Shown here piece after piece: positions 50,023 to 61,581 of a stretch of 64,000 nucleotides of DNA. This DNA is from Callorhinchus milii (lineage: Eukaryota). A model generated the notes under the pieces. The model was not told the origin of the DNA and made no database searches. It saw only the letters and a list, made by a program, of their open reading frames with translations. Positions within the stretch are counted from its first letter, which is position 1. The number at the start of each line of letters is the position of its first letter. Location of the stretch: assembly GCF_018977255.1 (NCBI RefSeq), contig NW_024704742.1, positions 70,496,001 through 70,560,000 of the forward strand, given 5' to 3'. A program made the position numbers and the translations under genes.

Positions 50023-52103
50023 CAGATGAAGAATCATCCGATCCCATCTCTCCGGAACACCCGTTCTACCGTCCCCTATCAAGCTGCTTTTTAATGAGTC
50101 CCAGTATCTTGGCCACAACTACTCTTTCTGGCAACCTGGTCCAGTTGTTAGAAAAACTTCCTGATGTATGTCCTGAAATTGTCCCTTTGCAACTCTAAAC
50201 CTGTGTCCTCTTGTTCTACTGTCTTGATACATCTGAAAGTATTGATCGAGGTTTACCTTTTCAATCCAATTTAAAATGTTAAACATCTCCATAAGGTCCC
50301 CTCTGAGTTGTCTTCTCTCCTGACTGAAGAGTCCGAGGTGGTCTTAATTTTTGCTTGTAGCTTGTAGCTGGCTTGCTGGCGTGGCGGAGCTTTGTGGGGT
50401 TGACACTGCTCTGTGCTCCACTCGCTGTGCTTTCCATCCAATCTGTCTCTGAATGGGTCACGTTGCCCTGACAGACACCGTCAAGTCACCAAAAACTCAG
50501 CCAGTGCAAACCCGCGGCCATTTCGCCTTTGTGTTAGTTTTGGTGACCAGATGATAGTACCATATGAATTCCAATAGAACACATTTCCTTTTGGTCCAGT
50601 AATCAATGCAGTTAACAAGAATGTGCTGCATGTATGAACCCCACCCCTCTGCTTGCCCCCCAAACCCCCCAACTTGGCTAACACTGCGTGTTCCTACTTC
50701 TATGCACCACATTTAGGACCAACTTCAGTCACTACACTCCAACCTCTGGAGGCTCCCTGCCTCTACCCCTCTGCCTCACTCCTCTATACCTGTCTTCAAA
50801 TCTCACTTGAAGGCCTTAGACTTTACCCGTGTGTATGGTCACCTCCCCCTTCCCCTCCCCCACACTTGGGGTCCGACCCCCTTAGAGTGCCCCGAGACGC
50901 TATTTCGCTTGAAGGACGCTGTGTAAACACAAGTTCTTGATGATTCTTGAACAACAAAAAGAACATTTTTAGCACCTCTTTAACATCCCAAAAACCAATC
51001 ACTGTCAAGTCTAGTGACTTTTTGGGGGGAATTAACGCTGCAGTCTTTTTTAAAACCCAAGAGAGATCCAGAGACCACTTCGCCCCCCACCCCTCCCCCA
51101 CCCACCCATCCCAGCAAAATGAGTGACGGATATACCTGGAAGGTTATTAGTCAGTAGAATGGGGAGAAGCTCCTTTCTTCTCTCCAATAGTGTTCCCCCC
51201 TCCTCATGTGTGATCTTTAACATCCGCCTGAACAGGGCACAGACGGGACCTCAGTTTTAATGTCTCATCCGAAGGACAGCAACATTGCAGCACTCCCCCC
51301 AGCGCTGCACTGGAGCGTCAGCCTAGCTGTGAGCTCAGTCCCCAACGGGTGTGGGGGGGAGGGGGGGGGGGGGTTGCCTTGAACCCACAACCTTCGGGCC
51401 AGAAGCAAAGGTGTGCGCGAGTGAGAGCGAGAGCCAGGCTGACCCCAGCTGGTGATGGCTGGTATTGCAGTAGTGGGAGTGGCATTGGGATCTCTTAAAG
51501 GTACAGACCTCGTCTTCCCTTCTTGTCCCGTGCCCCCCACCCATCATTTCAGGCCCTGATTAACCTCTATAACTGGGAAAACTGACTGCTCTGGGCATGT
51601 GTGGGTATGGGTTTGGGGGAGGTGGCGTGTTTGAGTGGAAACACATAGAATATTGGGGTGAAAAAGCCCAGTATTTGGGGTGTGGATTAGGCTGTGGGAG
51701 GTTTAGGGGCGAGGAAGTGGGTGTAGATGGGGGAGGAGGGGGGAGATGGAAGGAGGGTCAAAGATTGAGCTTTGAATGATTTTTTCCGACTCAGAACTAC
51801 CCATCTGTTTTCAGAACAGAAAACATCACTGGGACGGGGGGAGGGAGGAGAAAGGCAATATCATGTGACAGACATGTAAACAGAGCTCTCAGTGTAGACC
51901 AACACACTCCCAGACCTTCTTTAGTCTCCTTTTCCATCTTCCTGTGAGGTCCGTCCGGGCATGAATCGTGTGGGGGTGACTGGTGGGTGGGGAGCGGGAG
52001 GGGGAGAAGGGGGGGGAAGGGCAGGGTGAGAGATAAACATATTGGGATGAGATTTATATTCCCTTTCCGGTTCGCTCTTTTGTTGGGGGGGGGCAGCGAT
52101 TTG

Positions 52104-52152
52104 TTACAATGCGCTCGCAGACGATGCAGCCAGTCTTTTTCCGATGTAGATT
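52104..52152 (-). CDS. bnip3-like: BNIP3-like terminal coding exon (IYIGKRLAASSASAL*)
   Basis: cag|A...TAA; matches BNIP3L IYIGKRLS..SAS. Confidence 0.95.
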
Positions 52153-52501
52153 CTGTGTGTGGGGGGTTGGGGGAGGAGGAAGGGAGAGGAAAAACATAGG
52201 TTAGATAGTCAGGCTGACATATCAGAGGCACAGGCTGGTGAGAGCCACAGCTTGGGGACCACAGAGTGGTTAGAGAGCGAGCGAGATGTAAAACTGTAGC
52301 AAGCTTCATGTGGTTATAGCAACAACAACAGTGGCGGAGTCTGATGCTGAGTCAGGAGGTGACTGTAAGCATGGTCAAAGAGGAAAGTCTTCAGTCTTGA
52401 ACTGAACGAGGGGAAGGAAGGGGTAAGATGGAGGGATTAAGAGAGACATATAAAGTACAGACGAGGGAGAAGCTGTTTGAGATAATGTCCATTTTACATA
52501 C

Positions 52502-52657
52502 CCGACTCCCAGGGTCAGTAGGTGAGTCACCAGGAGAGAGGGAATGAAGAACATCACAAATGGGGAGCTGAAGATCTTGTTTTTCTTCATTTTCATCACA
52601 CTGGTCTTATTTACACCCAGACTGGATGGGGGCTTAGGATGTTTAAACACAAACTCC
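52502..52657 (-). CDS. bnip3-like: BNIP3-like exon 5 (EFVFKHPK...FFIPSLLVTHLLTLGVG), TM domain
   Basis: cag|G...GG|gtatgt. Confidence 0.96.
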
Positions 52658-53328
52658 CTGCCAGGTGGGGGGAACACAGCACAAATGCAATAGTCACATC
52701 TCACGTCAGTCACATCTCACGTCAGTCACATGTCACATTACATAACTGAACGTATGTCACAAACAACATCACATCAGCTGTAAGTCAGTCACCTGTCACA
52801 AATCACACAACATGTCACAAGTCACACGTCAGTCTCCTCGGTCATAGGTCACATTGTCGGCCAGGACATCAGGAGAAATGAGCTTCTCTTTTTCAATAGG
52901 ATCTTAAACACTCCACCTGAACAGGTACAGACAGTTGGTTTAACGTCTCATCTAAAGGATGGCACCTCTGACCACGCAGCACTCCCCTTAGCACTGCACT
53001 GGCATTGAGTCAGTGTGGGCTTTGAGCTAAAAGACCCAACATGAGCACCTGAACACTCAACCTTCTGACCCCAGAAGCGAGGGCACTATCAGCTGAGCCA
53101 GGCTGCCTTTTAACAAGTGCTGGTGTCGGGAATTTGAGATGCTGGATACACCACCACCAACAAATTGCACTTATGCAGTGCCCTTCACATCAGCAGGACA
53201 TCCCAAGGTGCTGGGCAGTCAGGGGTTTGCACCCAAGCTGGGGGTCGGATTCAAGAGGGGTGGGGGACAAAGGGAGTGGGGGAGAGATGACTGAAGACAA
53301 GGTTGATGGACACTGTGGATGGACTCAC

Positions 53329-53432
53329 TTTGGAGGGAAGTTCTCTGGTCGACTTGACCAGTACCACATACACTCAGCATTGTTCTGCAGCGTCTCAGTC
53401 TCTCCATTCTTCTCCTGGGTCTCCTCATCCGA
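53329..53432 (-). CDS. bnip3-like: BNIP3-like exon 4 (SDEETQEKNGETETLQNNAECMWYWSSRPENFPPK)
   Basis: cag|TCG...AA|gtgagt; WSSRPEN.PPK motif; an alternative in-frame acceptor would start at 53438. Confidence 0.93.
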
Positions 53433-53499
53433 CTGTGGCTAACAATAATAATAATAATAATGGTCAATTTCCAAGAGAAATGAAAGAACAAAGCCTAGA

Positions 53500-53860
53500 T
53501 CTAATAATATTCCTTGCATTTGATATAGCGCCTTATCACATCGTTAAGACGTCTCAAAGAGCTTCACAGGATACACTGTAAAGTGAACTGACCGTATATT
53601 TTGTGGGCGAAATGCGGCAGCCAATTGCACACAGCAGTGTCCCACAAACAGTCGTGGATTGAGTGACAAAATTATTATTGTTTATTTTTTGGAGGATTAT
53701 CACCAGAAAGCAATCCTCCAATTGACGAACAACTTGGTTCTTATTTATTCTTGGTAATCAGAGGCGTATGGAGTAAGGAAACTTGTCTAAGGTTTCGCCC
53801 TGCCTGGGAATCGAACCCTGGTCCTCTCACTTGCGAGGTAAGTGCTCTAAACAATACACC
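53500..53860 (-). mobile_element. Second tRNA-SINE family, long form (BNIP3-like intron 3)
   Basis: head + extra segment + tail. Confidence 0.82.
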
Positions 53861-53880
53861 ACAATATATTATTGTTATTA

Positions 53881-53899
53881 TTGCTCTGTCCCACAGCCC
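53881..53899 (+). repeat. 19-nt inverted copy of the BNIP3-like exon-3 acceptor (54104-54122)
   Basis: TTGCTCTGTCCCACAGCCC on + here and on - at 54122-54104. Confidence 0.92.
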
Positions 53900-54021
53900 A
53901 TGTAATAATAATAATAAACATATGTACAGTAGTAATACATAATAAAAACCTTCCCCACCTTCCTTTTCCATTTCCCTTCCCCTTCCATTTCCTCTTCATT
54001 TCCTGTCCCCGGAGTACACAC

Positions 54022-54106
54022 CTGTGTGCTGTTGCGGTCTCCGATGCTCTGGATCTCAGGTTCGGCAGGGAGCGGGTGAAGTGAAGGGCTCATCTGTAAC
54101 AGAGGG
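54022..54106 (-). CDS. bnip3-like: BNIP3-like exon 3 (SPLLQMSPSLHPLPAEPEIQSIGDRNSTQ)
   Basis: cag|C...CAG|gtgtgt; 85 nt; resembles BNIP3 SIGEKNSSQ. Confidence 0.9.
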
Positions 54107-54869
54107 CTGTGGGACAGAGCAAAGCTCCCCATTAACTCTCACCAGTAAAGTGTCCTTTCCACAGCACAAGTTGCTGTAACTTACAACTTGCATTTATACA
54201 GAGCGCTCCACAGAGAATCAAATAGCTTTCCACAGATGCGGGATGTTGTTTTTTTCATCAGCCGTGTGTCTGATACATCGGGAAACCCATCACCGTGTTT
54301 GAGAGTCTCCAAACCAAATTGAGAATTCCATGCATCCCACCTACACACGGAAATCCCACAGATAGATTGTTGGAATGGAATGCGCACTCTCTCCCTGGAG
54401 GGACACATCGTGATTACCTAATTCTGGAAAGTATTAGGTGCAGGTTGGCAAGAGCCAAGGCTTTTGGACTCCAGATTGTGCGTTGGGGTAACTGCTGGAG
54501 TCTAACCAGCTAAAACAACATAACTTGCATTGAGAGCACTGTCTGGCAAGCTTTCCAGCTGCTTATCCAGTTAGGACCATTTAGGGCTTTGGATTGCAGG
54601 GTTAACAGAAGTTGAGTGGGAGGATTCCCTGCCCTTAGTGACTGGTCTGCCCAGTCATTGTGGGCATTGAGATGAGGGAACAGCACCAAGCTTGATATAG
54701 CTGAGTGGAGAGAGGAGCGGGGCAATGGCAGAGGAGATCAGAGAGATTGGGAGGTGCCAAGATCTGAAGGGATTTATAAGTCAGGGCGAGGAGCTTCAAA
54801 TTGATCTGCTGGGAGCCATTATGCTACGGGATTTCAAGTTGTTACAAATGGAAGTTGTCGTTGTCTAAC

Positions 54870-55008
54870 CTGTTGCACTGGGAGCCACTCCTCTCCACCT
54901 CGTGCTGAGCATCCAGTAAGATTCTCTCCATGTCCCCGTTGTGGATGGAGGATGAGGAGGGAACGTGCTCCAGGCCACACTGAATGTAGTGCAGTTCCAC
55001 CCAGGAAC
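54870..55008 (-). CDS. bnip3-like: BNIP3-like exon 2 ([45 protein letters not shown]), LIR motif
   Basis: cag|GT...AG|gttaga on the minus strand; close to BNIP3[27 protein letters not shown]. Confidence 0.96.
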
Positions 55009-55132
55009 CTGCCAGCAGGAAAAGAGATCACAATCACAGAATTCCTGCACATACATCCTCTCCTTGGAAACATTTTATCCACTGGCAGCTGCTTAATGGA
55101 GGCAGTTTGTTATCATAAATAGCAATAATTAA

Positions 55133-55457
55133 AATAATAATAATCCTTGCATTTGATACAGCGCCTTATCACATGGTTGAGACGTCTCAAAGCGTTTCAC
55201 AGAGTAGATTGTAAAGTTAATTCACTGTATGTTTTGTGGGCGAAACGTGGCAGCCAGTTAGGCAAGGCAAGGCAGTGTCCCACAAACAGTCGATCTACAA
55301 TTGTTTGTGGGACACTGCTGTGCGCAATTGGCTGCCGCGTTTCGCCCACAAATATACAGTCAATTCACTTTACAGTCTATTCTGTGAAGCGCTTTGAGAC
55401 GACTAGAAGACGTGAAAAGCGCTATATCAAATGCAAGGATGCAAGGATTATTATTAG
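55133..55457. repeat. Fold-back pair of SINE 3' tails (two ~155-nt inverted arms, ~10-nt spacer)
   Basis: minus-strand tail directly joined to plus-strand tail at ~55290-55298. Confidence 0.85.
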
Positions 55458-55484
55458 TAGTAAAACTTACCTCTTCAATCATGC

Positions 55485-55915
55485 GACAGCTTGGCTCAGT
55501 TGGAAGCACTTTCGCCTCTGAGTCAGATATTTGGGGTTTTCAAGCAACCTCAATAGGACATATAGTCTACGCTGGCACTCTATTGCAGTACTGGGGGAGC
55601 ATGCATTGTCAGAGGTGCCATTCTTTGTGTCAGCCGTTAAACTGAGGTCCATCTGTGTCCTGTTCAAGAGGATGTTAAAGATCCCGTGGTGCTAATCGAA
55701 AAGAGAAGGGAATTTCTCTCTCCCGGTGTCCTGGCCGACAATCCCCTGGATAAAATCAGTCACTCACTTCATGGCTGTTTGTAGATCATTGCTGTACGCA
55801 GATTGGGTGCCGTGTTCACCTACATGAATACAAAGTCACTACACTTGACAGCAATTTCTTGTGGCATGTTTTGAGATGTTTTGACATTACAGCTGCTGTA
55901 TTAAATGCGAGGATC
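55485..55915 (+). mobile_element. Deu-domain SINE
   Basis: head + core + tail. Confidence 0.8.
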
Positions 55916-56398
55916 GTCTCAATAAAATTCTTTTCCAGTCCTGTACATTTCTAGGGTTTGAATTCTGGATGAGATGTAGCTGATATACTCAGCTTGGTTT
56001 GGATGAAGAAGACCCTTCGACACATCTGATCTCATCTCCCAGAACACCCACCCTGCCGTGCCCCCATCACAGCATTGAGCTGCTATTAAATGAATCCAAC
56101 ATCCTGGCTTCAACCCCCCTTCCTGGTAACCCTGTTCCAGTCGTTAATTACTCTCTGGGTAAAGAAACACTTCCTCGTGTCTGTCCATAAATTTCCCCTT
56201 TGCAACTCTAAACCTGTGTCCTCTTGTTCTATTACCTCAACGTATCTAAAAGTATTATTCTAGCTTTACCGTATCAATCCCATTTAAACTTTTATACACC
56301 TCTCTGAGGTCCCCACCAAGGTGCATTCTCTCAAGACTGAAGAGCCCAGCTTATCTAATCGTTAAAGATTTCAGGTAAAGTGCTAAGCATTGAATTAC

Positions 56399-56459
56399 TC
56401 CGAGCCCAGCCGTGCCTGAAATCAGCTGTGAAAGCATTCATCTGCAAATCTGTATCCAT
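56399..56459 (-). CDS. Tentative first coding exon of the BNIP3-like gene (MDTDLQMNAFTADFRHGWAR)
   Basis: non-repetitive island, gacATGG context, phase-1 donor A|gtaatt compatible with exon 2; no recognisable homology and a weak donor. Confidence 0.25.
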
Positions 56460-57034
56460 GTCTTGTAGATGTGTCACAACATGTCGAAGCTTGGGAAACC
56501 TGAATAACCCACAATATAATAATAATCCTCCCATTCGATACAGTGCTTTGCCACATCAACTCTAAACCTAAGTCCTCCTGTCTGACACACAGAGAAAACC
56601 GATCACCAATCACTATCGTGCTTGCCTAATTCCAGAAAGTATTAGGCGCAAGTTGGTAAGGGGCAGGGCTTGGGGACCACAGAGTTTACATTGGGGTAAC
56701 TGCTGGAGTCTAACCTGCAAAAAACACATAGCTTGCCATTGAGTACGCTGCCTAGCAAGCTTTCCCGCAGCTTGTCTAGCTAGGACCTCCCTACCTGTTA
56801 GGGTTTTGGCTTGCAGGGTTAACAGGAGCTGAGTGATTAATGATGCTGATGATAATGTTAATGATATAGAATAATAAACAAGTCAGAGAGCATCAATCCT
56901 GTTGCCACCCACCCAGCCTCCAAGGGTAGGTGCAGCCAACTAAATTGGAAATGTAAGCAAATTCTCATGGGAATCCCTCAGCCCACATAACACAGCTGTT
57001 CTTCCCAGAATGGAGAAGGATTTGGAGACGTCGT

Positions 57035-57383
57035 AATAATAATGATCCTTGCATTTGATATAGTACCTTATCACATCGTTGCAATATCTCAAAGCAATTC
57101 ACAGAATATATTAGAAAGTATATTTTGCAGCAGAAACATGGTAGCCAATTGCAGACCGCAGTGTCCCACAAACAGTCGTGGATTGAGTGACGAAATTATC
57201 ATTTTTGTTGAGGGATTACTACCCCTGGAAAGCAATCTGCCAATCAACTAACAACCGGGTTCCTACTTATTTCTAGGTAAACAGAGACACGTGGAGTAAG
57301 GAAACTTGCACTAGGTTTGCCCTACCAGGGAATCGAACTTGGCTCCTTTCGCTTACAAGGCAAATGTAAACTACAGGAGTCCA
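57035..57383 (-). mobile_element. Second tRNA-SINE family, long form
   Basis: head + extra segment + tail. Confidence 0.82.
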
Positions 57384-57564
57384 TATAGATTATCATTGAT
57401 AGTGTCAATAATATGCAGAGGTTTTGCTCTTTAGGATCACACTTCAAAACAGCCAAGCAGATGACCAAAGCGGCCAAATAGCCTTCTTCTGTGCTGTACA
57501 GGTTTTTGATAATGGAAACAGGAAGAAATTATTTCCACTGAGCGAATCGATGAGTCAGTCAGTG

Positions 57565-57990
57565 AGGTCTTAGCCTCGCACAGTCACTGGCATTCTTGCC
57601 TTCGAGTCAGAAGGCTGTTTATTCCAGCGTCTATGTCACAGAATTTGAGATCACAGTCCTTATAGTCTGGGCTGACACTCTCCCAGACTGTGAGGGCTGA
57701 TACAATGTGGGGGGTGCTGATTTGAGGGAAGTTCCGTCTTTTGGATGAGACGTTAAACCAAGGTTTGCGCCTGTGCCTGTTCAGGTGGATGTTAAAGATC
57801 TTGCAGCGCTACTCAAAAAGAGAAGGGAGTTTCTCTCTCCTTGTGTCCTGGCCAACAATCCCCCAAATAAAATGGTCACTCACTTCATGGCTGCTTGTGG
57901 GATATTGCAAATTGGCTGCTGCGTATAAAACACGCAATCACTATGCTCTAAATGAAACCCTTGAAGGTCCTTTTGAGACGTGAAGATTAA
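57565..57990 (+). mobile_element. Deu-domain SINE
   Basis: core motifs. Confidence 0.75.
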
Positions 57991-59069
57991 TATTATAGTT
58001 GAATTAATTAGCAAGCACAGATTTAAGGCAATATGCATAGAGCAAAGGGAGGATGTTTGGAGAATTATTTTTTACGGAGACCTAATAGCATGTGGAGCAT
58101 CTGACCTGGAACCCTGGTTGAGACAGAATTAATAATAGCTTTTAGGAAGGAATAAAATTAAATAATAATAATTCTTGTATCTGAGATTGCACTTTAGCAC
58201 GTCAGGAACATGTGTCAAAGTGCTTCACAGGATGAACTGTAAAGTGCAGTGACTCTTTTGTAGGTGAACATCACAGCCAATTTGTGCACAGTAATGTCCC
58301 ACAAATAGCCATTAGTGAGTGATCGATTTTAGCTGGGGGAATGTCGGCCAGGACACTGGGAGAGAGAAACTCCCTTCTCTTTTCGATTAGCGTCACAGGA
58401 TCTTTAACATTCACCTGAACAGGCACAGAGGGGATTGAAGTTTAACATCTCACCTGAAGGATGGACATAACAGTGCACTGGAGCAACAGCCAAGATAGGA
58501 AACTATCTGAATGGTGAAATAGAAAGGCGTATGCCCTGTGTGTGAGTGTATGTGAGTGAGAGAGTGAGAGTGTGTGAGTGTGAAAGCAGGGGAATGACAC
58601 TAAGCAGATAGCTCTTGGCACAGGCACGAACAGGCATAATTAAAGCCCACTCCAGGGAAGTCACTGCCGCTTCCAAACCAATGAACGTGTTACTACATAA
58701 TGAAAAAATAACCACTAACACTGCGTTTGACAGAATGCCTGTACTATCAAGCCCCATGGTATACCCAAACTGGCTGCTGCTTTCGGCCGCAAGTACACAG
58801 CACAATAACAATTTACCTTCATACATTGCCTTGCCCTCTACCCCTCTCTGATCCCAACCCGCAGCTCGGGTGCAAACCCTTCATTGTCCAGTGTCGTGAG
58901 ACATCCTCCTGACATGAAAGGTGTTATTTAAAGCAATTTGTTGTTGTTGTTTCACATGTGGAGGACATCTCAAAGCGTTTAGAGTCACTAAACTTAGTAG
59001 CAATTACTTGTGAAGTGTTTCGAGCTTGGGATGGTTGTATCATAAGAAAGTACTGATTAGTGTTAATGC

Positions 59070-59395
59070 CATCATAATGATCCTATATTTGACCTAGCAC
59101 CTCAATACGTCAAAAAGTCCACAAAGCTCTTCACAAGATTTCACTGTGAAGTGTAGTGACTGCGTGTTTTGTACCAACGAAGTGAACACAGCAGCCAATT
59201 CGCACACAGCAGCTTCCCCGCAAACAGCCTTGAAGTGAATGATTGATTTATTCTATGGGAGTGTTGACCAGGAGAGAAGCTCCTTTCTCTTATCAAATAG
59301 CACCACGGGATCTTTAACATCCAGGTGAATAGAGCACAGACAGAACCTCAGTTTAACATCTCGTCTGAAGGATTGCATCTCTGACAATGCAGCAT
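59070..59395 (-). mobile_element. Deu-domain SINE, 5'-truncated
   Basis: reverse complement of core + tail. Confidence 0.75.
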
Positions 59396-59749
59396 TTAAG
59401 CCTAGTACTTTGTCCAGACTTTGACCACATCACAAAATACTGTTTAAGTTTTCAATCTCTCTCCCTCTCTTAGTCTCTCTCTCCCTCAAATCTCATTCGT
59501 TCTCTCAGTATCTCTCTCTCAGTCTCTTTCTCTTTTTCGGTGTCTGTCTTTTTCTCAGTCTGTATGTATCTCTCTCTCAGTCTCGATCACACAGTCTCTC
59601 AGGTTCAAACACAGTTCCTTCCACTCTCTCTCTTTTTTGTCTTTCTACCTCTCTCTCTTTCTCTGTTACTCAGTGTCTGTGTGTGTGTTTCTCTCCCTCA
59701 GTCTCCCTCAGTCTCTCTCTCAATCTCTCCCACCCCGGGCTATGTGGAT

Positions 59750-59820
59750 CAGTGACGTCTGTGTGAGCTGACCCCAGTGCAGAGCTGACCTAGCTCAGTA
59801 ACGTGGGCTGTGTCACGTAG
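59750..59820. promoter_or_regulatory. Candidate hypoxia-responsive promoter/enhancer of the BNIP3-like gene
   Basis: ACGTG(59801-05)-N8-CACGT(59814-18), CRE-like TGACGTCT 59753-60, two AGCTGACC motifs, in unique sequence 5' of the gene. Confidence 0.6.
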
Positions 59821-60877
59821 TCCAGCCGCTCACTGACACTCACTGACCGGCTCTGATATTCCACCTCCTGCCTGGGGGCTGGAGACTGCGAGAGACAAGG
59901 GAGAGGATTTGGGAGGACAAAGGGCTGATTGCTGATCCACTCTGAGGTCCTGTCTCCAGTCACACACTGTCGTCCTGAAAGAGCTCAGGACTGTAATGTA
60001 AAATGAGGGTGACGATTTGTGGTGTGTGGGAGGCCAAAAAAAATCAGCAAAGTATTTCCTCTATTTCCAATATTTAACATTCACCTGAACAGGCACAGAC
60101 AGGACCTCAGTTAAAGTCTCATCTAAAGGATGGCACTGGTGATAATGCAGCGCTCTGAGCAACCAACACTGCACTGAAGTGTCAGCCTCTGGGACCCTTG
60201 TGCCTACTCAACCAGTTGAGCCAAACTCACACCATATAACACCTATTATACCACAGACCATGTGTTCTGGCTATAACACTGTGTATTAAGTAATAACACA
60301 CTGTGTGTTACTGGTTATAATTATATATTACATAATAAAACACTGTGTGTGTTATTGGCTATAACTGTATATTACATAATAAAACACTATGTGTTACTGA
60401 GTATAACACTCCTGATTGTACAATACTAATTACACTCTGGTGTATCTAATACTTGTGTATTTTTCTTGCAGTAGTTATTTTGTCCACAAAATACACAGTT
60501 AATTCCCTTTACAGTATATTCTGTGAAGCGCTTTGAGACGTCTCAAAGATGTGATAAAATGCTATATCAAATGCAGGGATTATGTAAAATAGTAGTTCTC
60601 ACTTTAATACGCATAGTAAACACACAAGAAGGCCATGCCCCCTCACCCAGGTCCCAGTCCATTCATAAAACAGCCTTAACCTGAAAATCTCCAAACTCAC
60701 AGCATCATCCTCACCAATCAGCCTGGGTTAGAATTCCATATCAAAAATATCTTTATTCCATTTAATGTGAAAATTTAAAAATAAACTAATTCATGCAAAA
60801 ATGAATCACTGACCATAGTTTTGCCAGGACAGAAAGCAAAGTTAAATAATTGAGAATATGACACAGCGAGACTGATT

Positions 60878-61580
60878 CACACACAGACACATTGCAACAC
60901 TGATGCGCACACACACATTGTAACACTGATGCGCGTGCGCACACACACACATTGTAACACTAATGCACACACACACATTGTAACACTGATGCACGCACAC
61001 ACATTGTAACACTGATGCACACACACACACACACATGCACAGTAACACTGATGCACACACACAAACTGTAATACTGATGCGCACATAAAAACATTATAAC
61101 CCTGATGCGTGCGCACACACACACATTGTAACACTAATGCGTGCGCACACACACACATTGTAACACTGATGCGTGCGCACACACACACATTGTAACACTG
61201 ATGCGTACGCACACACACACATTGTAACACTGATGCGCACACACTCACACACACTGTAACACTAATGCGCACACACGCATTGCAACACTAATGCAAACAC
61301 ATGCATTGTAACACTGATGCACACACATGCATTGCAACAGTGATGCGCACACGTGCATTGCAACACTGATGCGCACACACGCATTGCAACACTGATGCAC
61401 ACAGTCACACACACACACATTGTAACACTGATGCAGACACACACACTGGAACACTTGTGCACACACGCACACACACATTGCAACACTGGTAGACACACAC
61501 ACACATTGTAACACTGATCCACACACACATTTTTGCACTCTGATACACACAGATTTTAACTCTCTGCCACACACACACAT
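60878..61580 (+). repeat. CA-rich minisatellite (CACACACATTGYAACACTGATGCR)n
   Basis: seen directly. Confidence 0.92.
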
Positions 61581-61581
61581 A

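Larger units (their letters stand above)
52104..55008 (-). other. bnip3-like: Gene span (coding exons 2-6): BNIP3/BNIP3L-family mitophagy receptor
   Basis: five AG/GT exons join in phase (533 nt): [40 protein letters not shown] ending GIYIGKRL. Confidence 0.95.

Noticed and set aside
55465..55482. ATGATTGAAGAG|gtaagt on the minus strand as BNIP3-like exon 1
   Set aside because: Phase 0, incompatible with exon 2; the phase-1 frame has a TGA; abuts a SINE head
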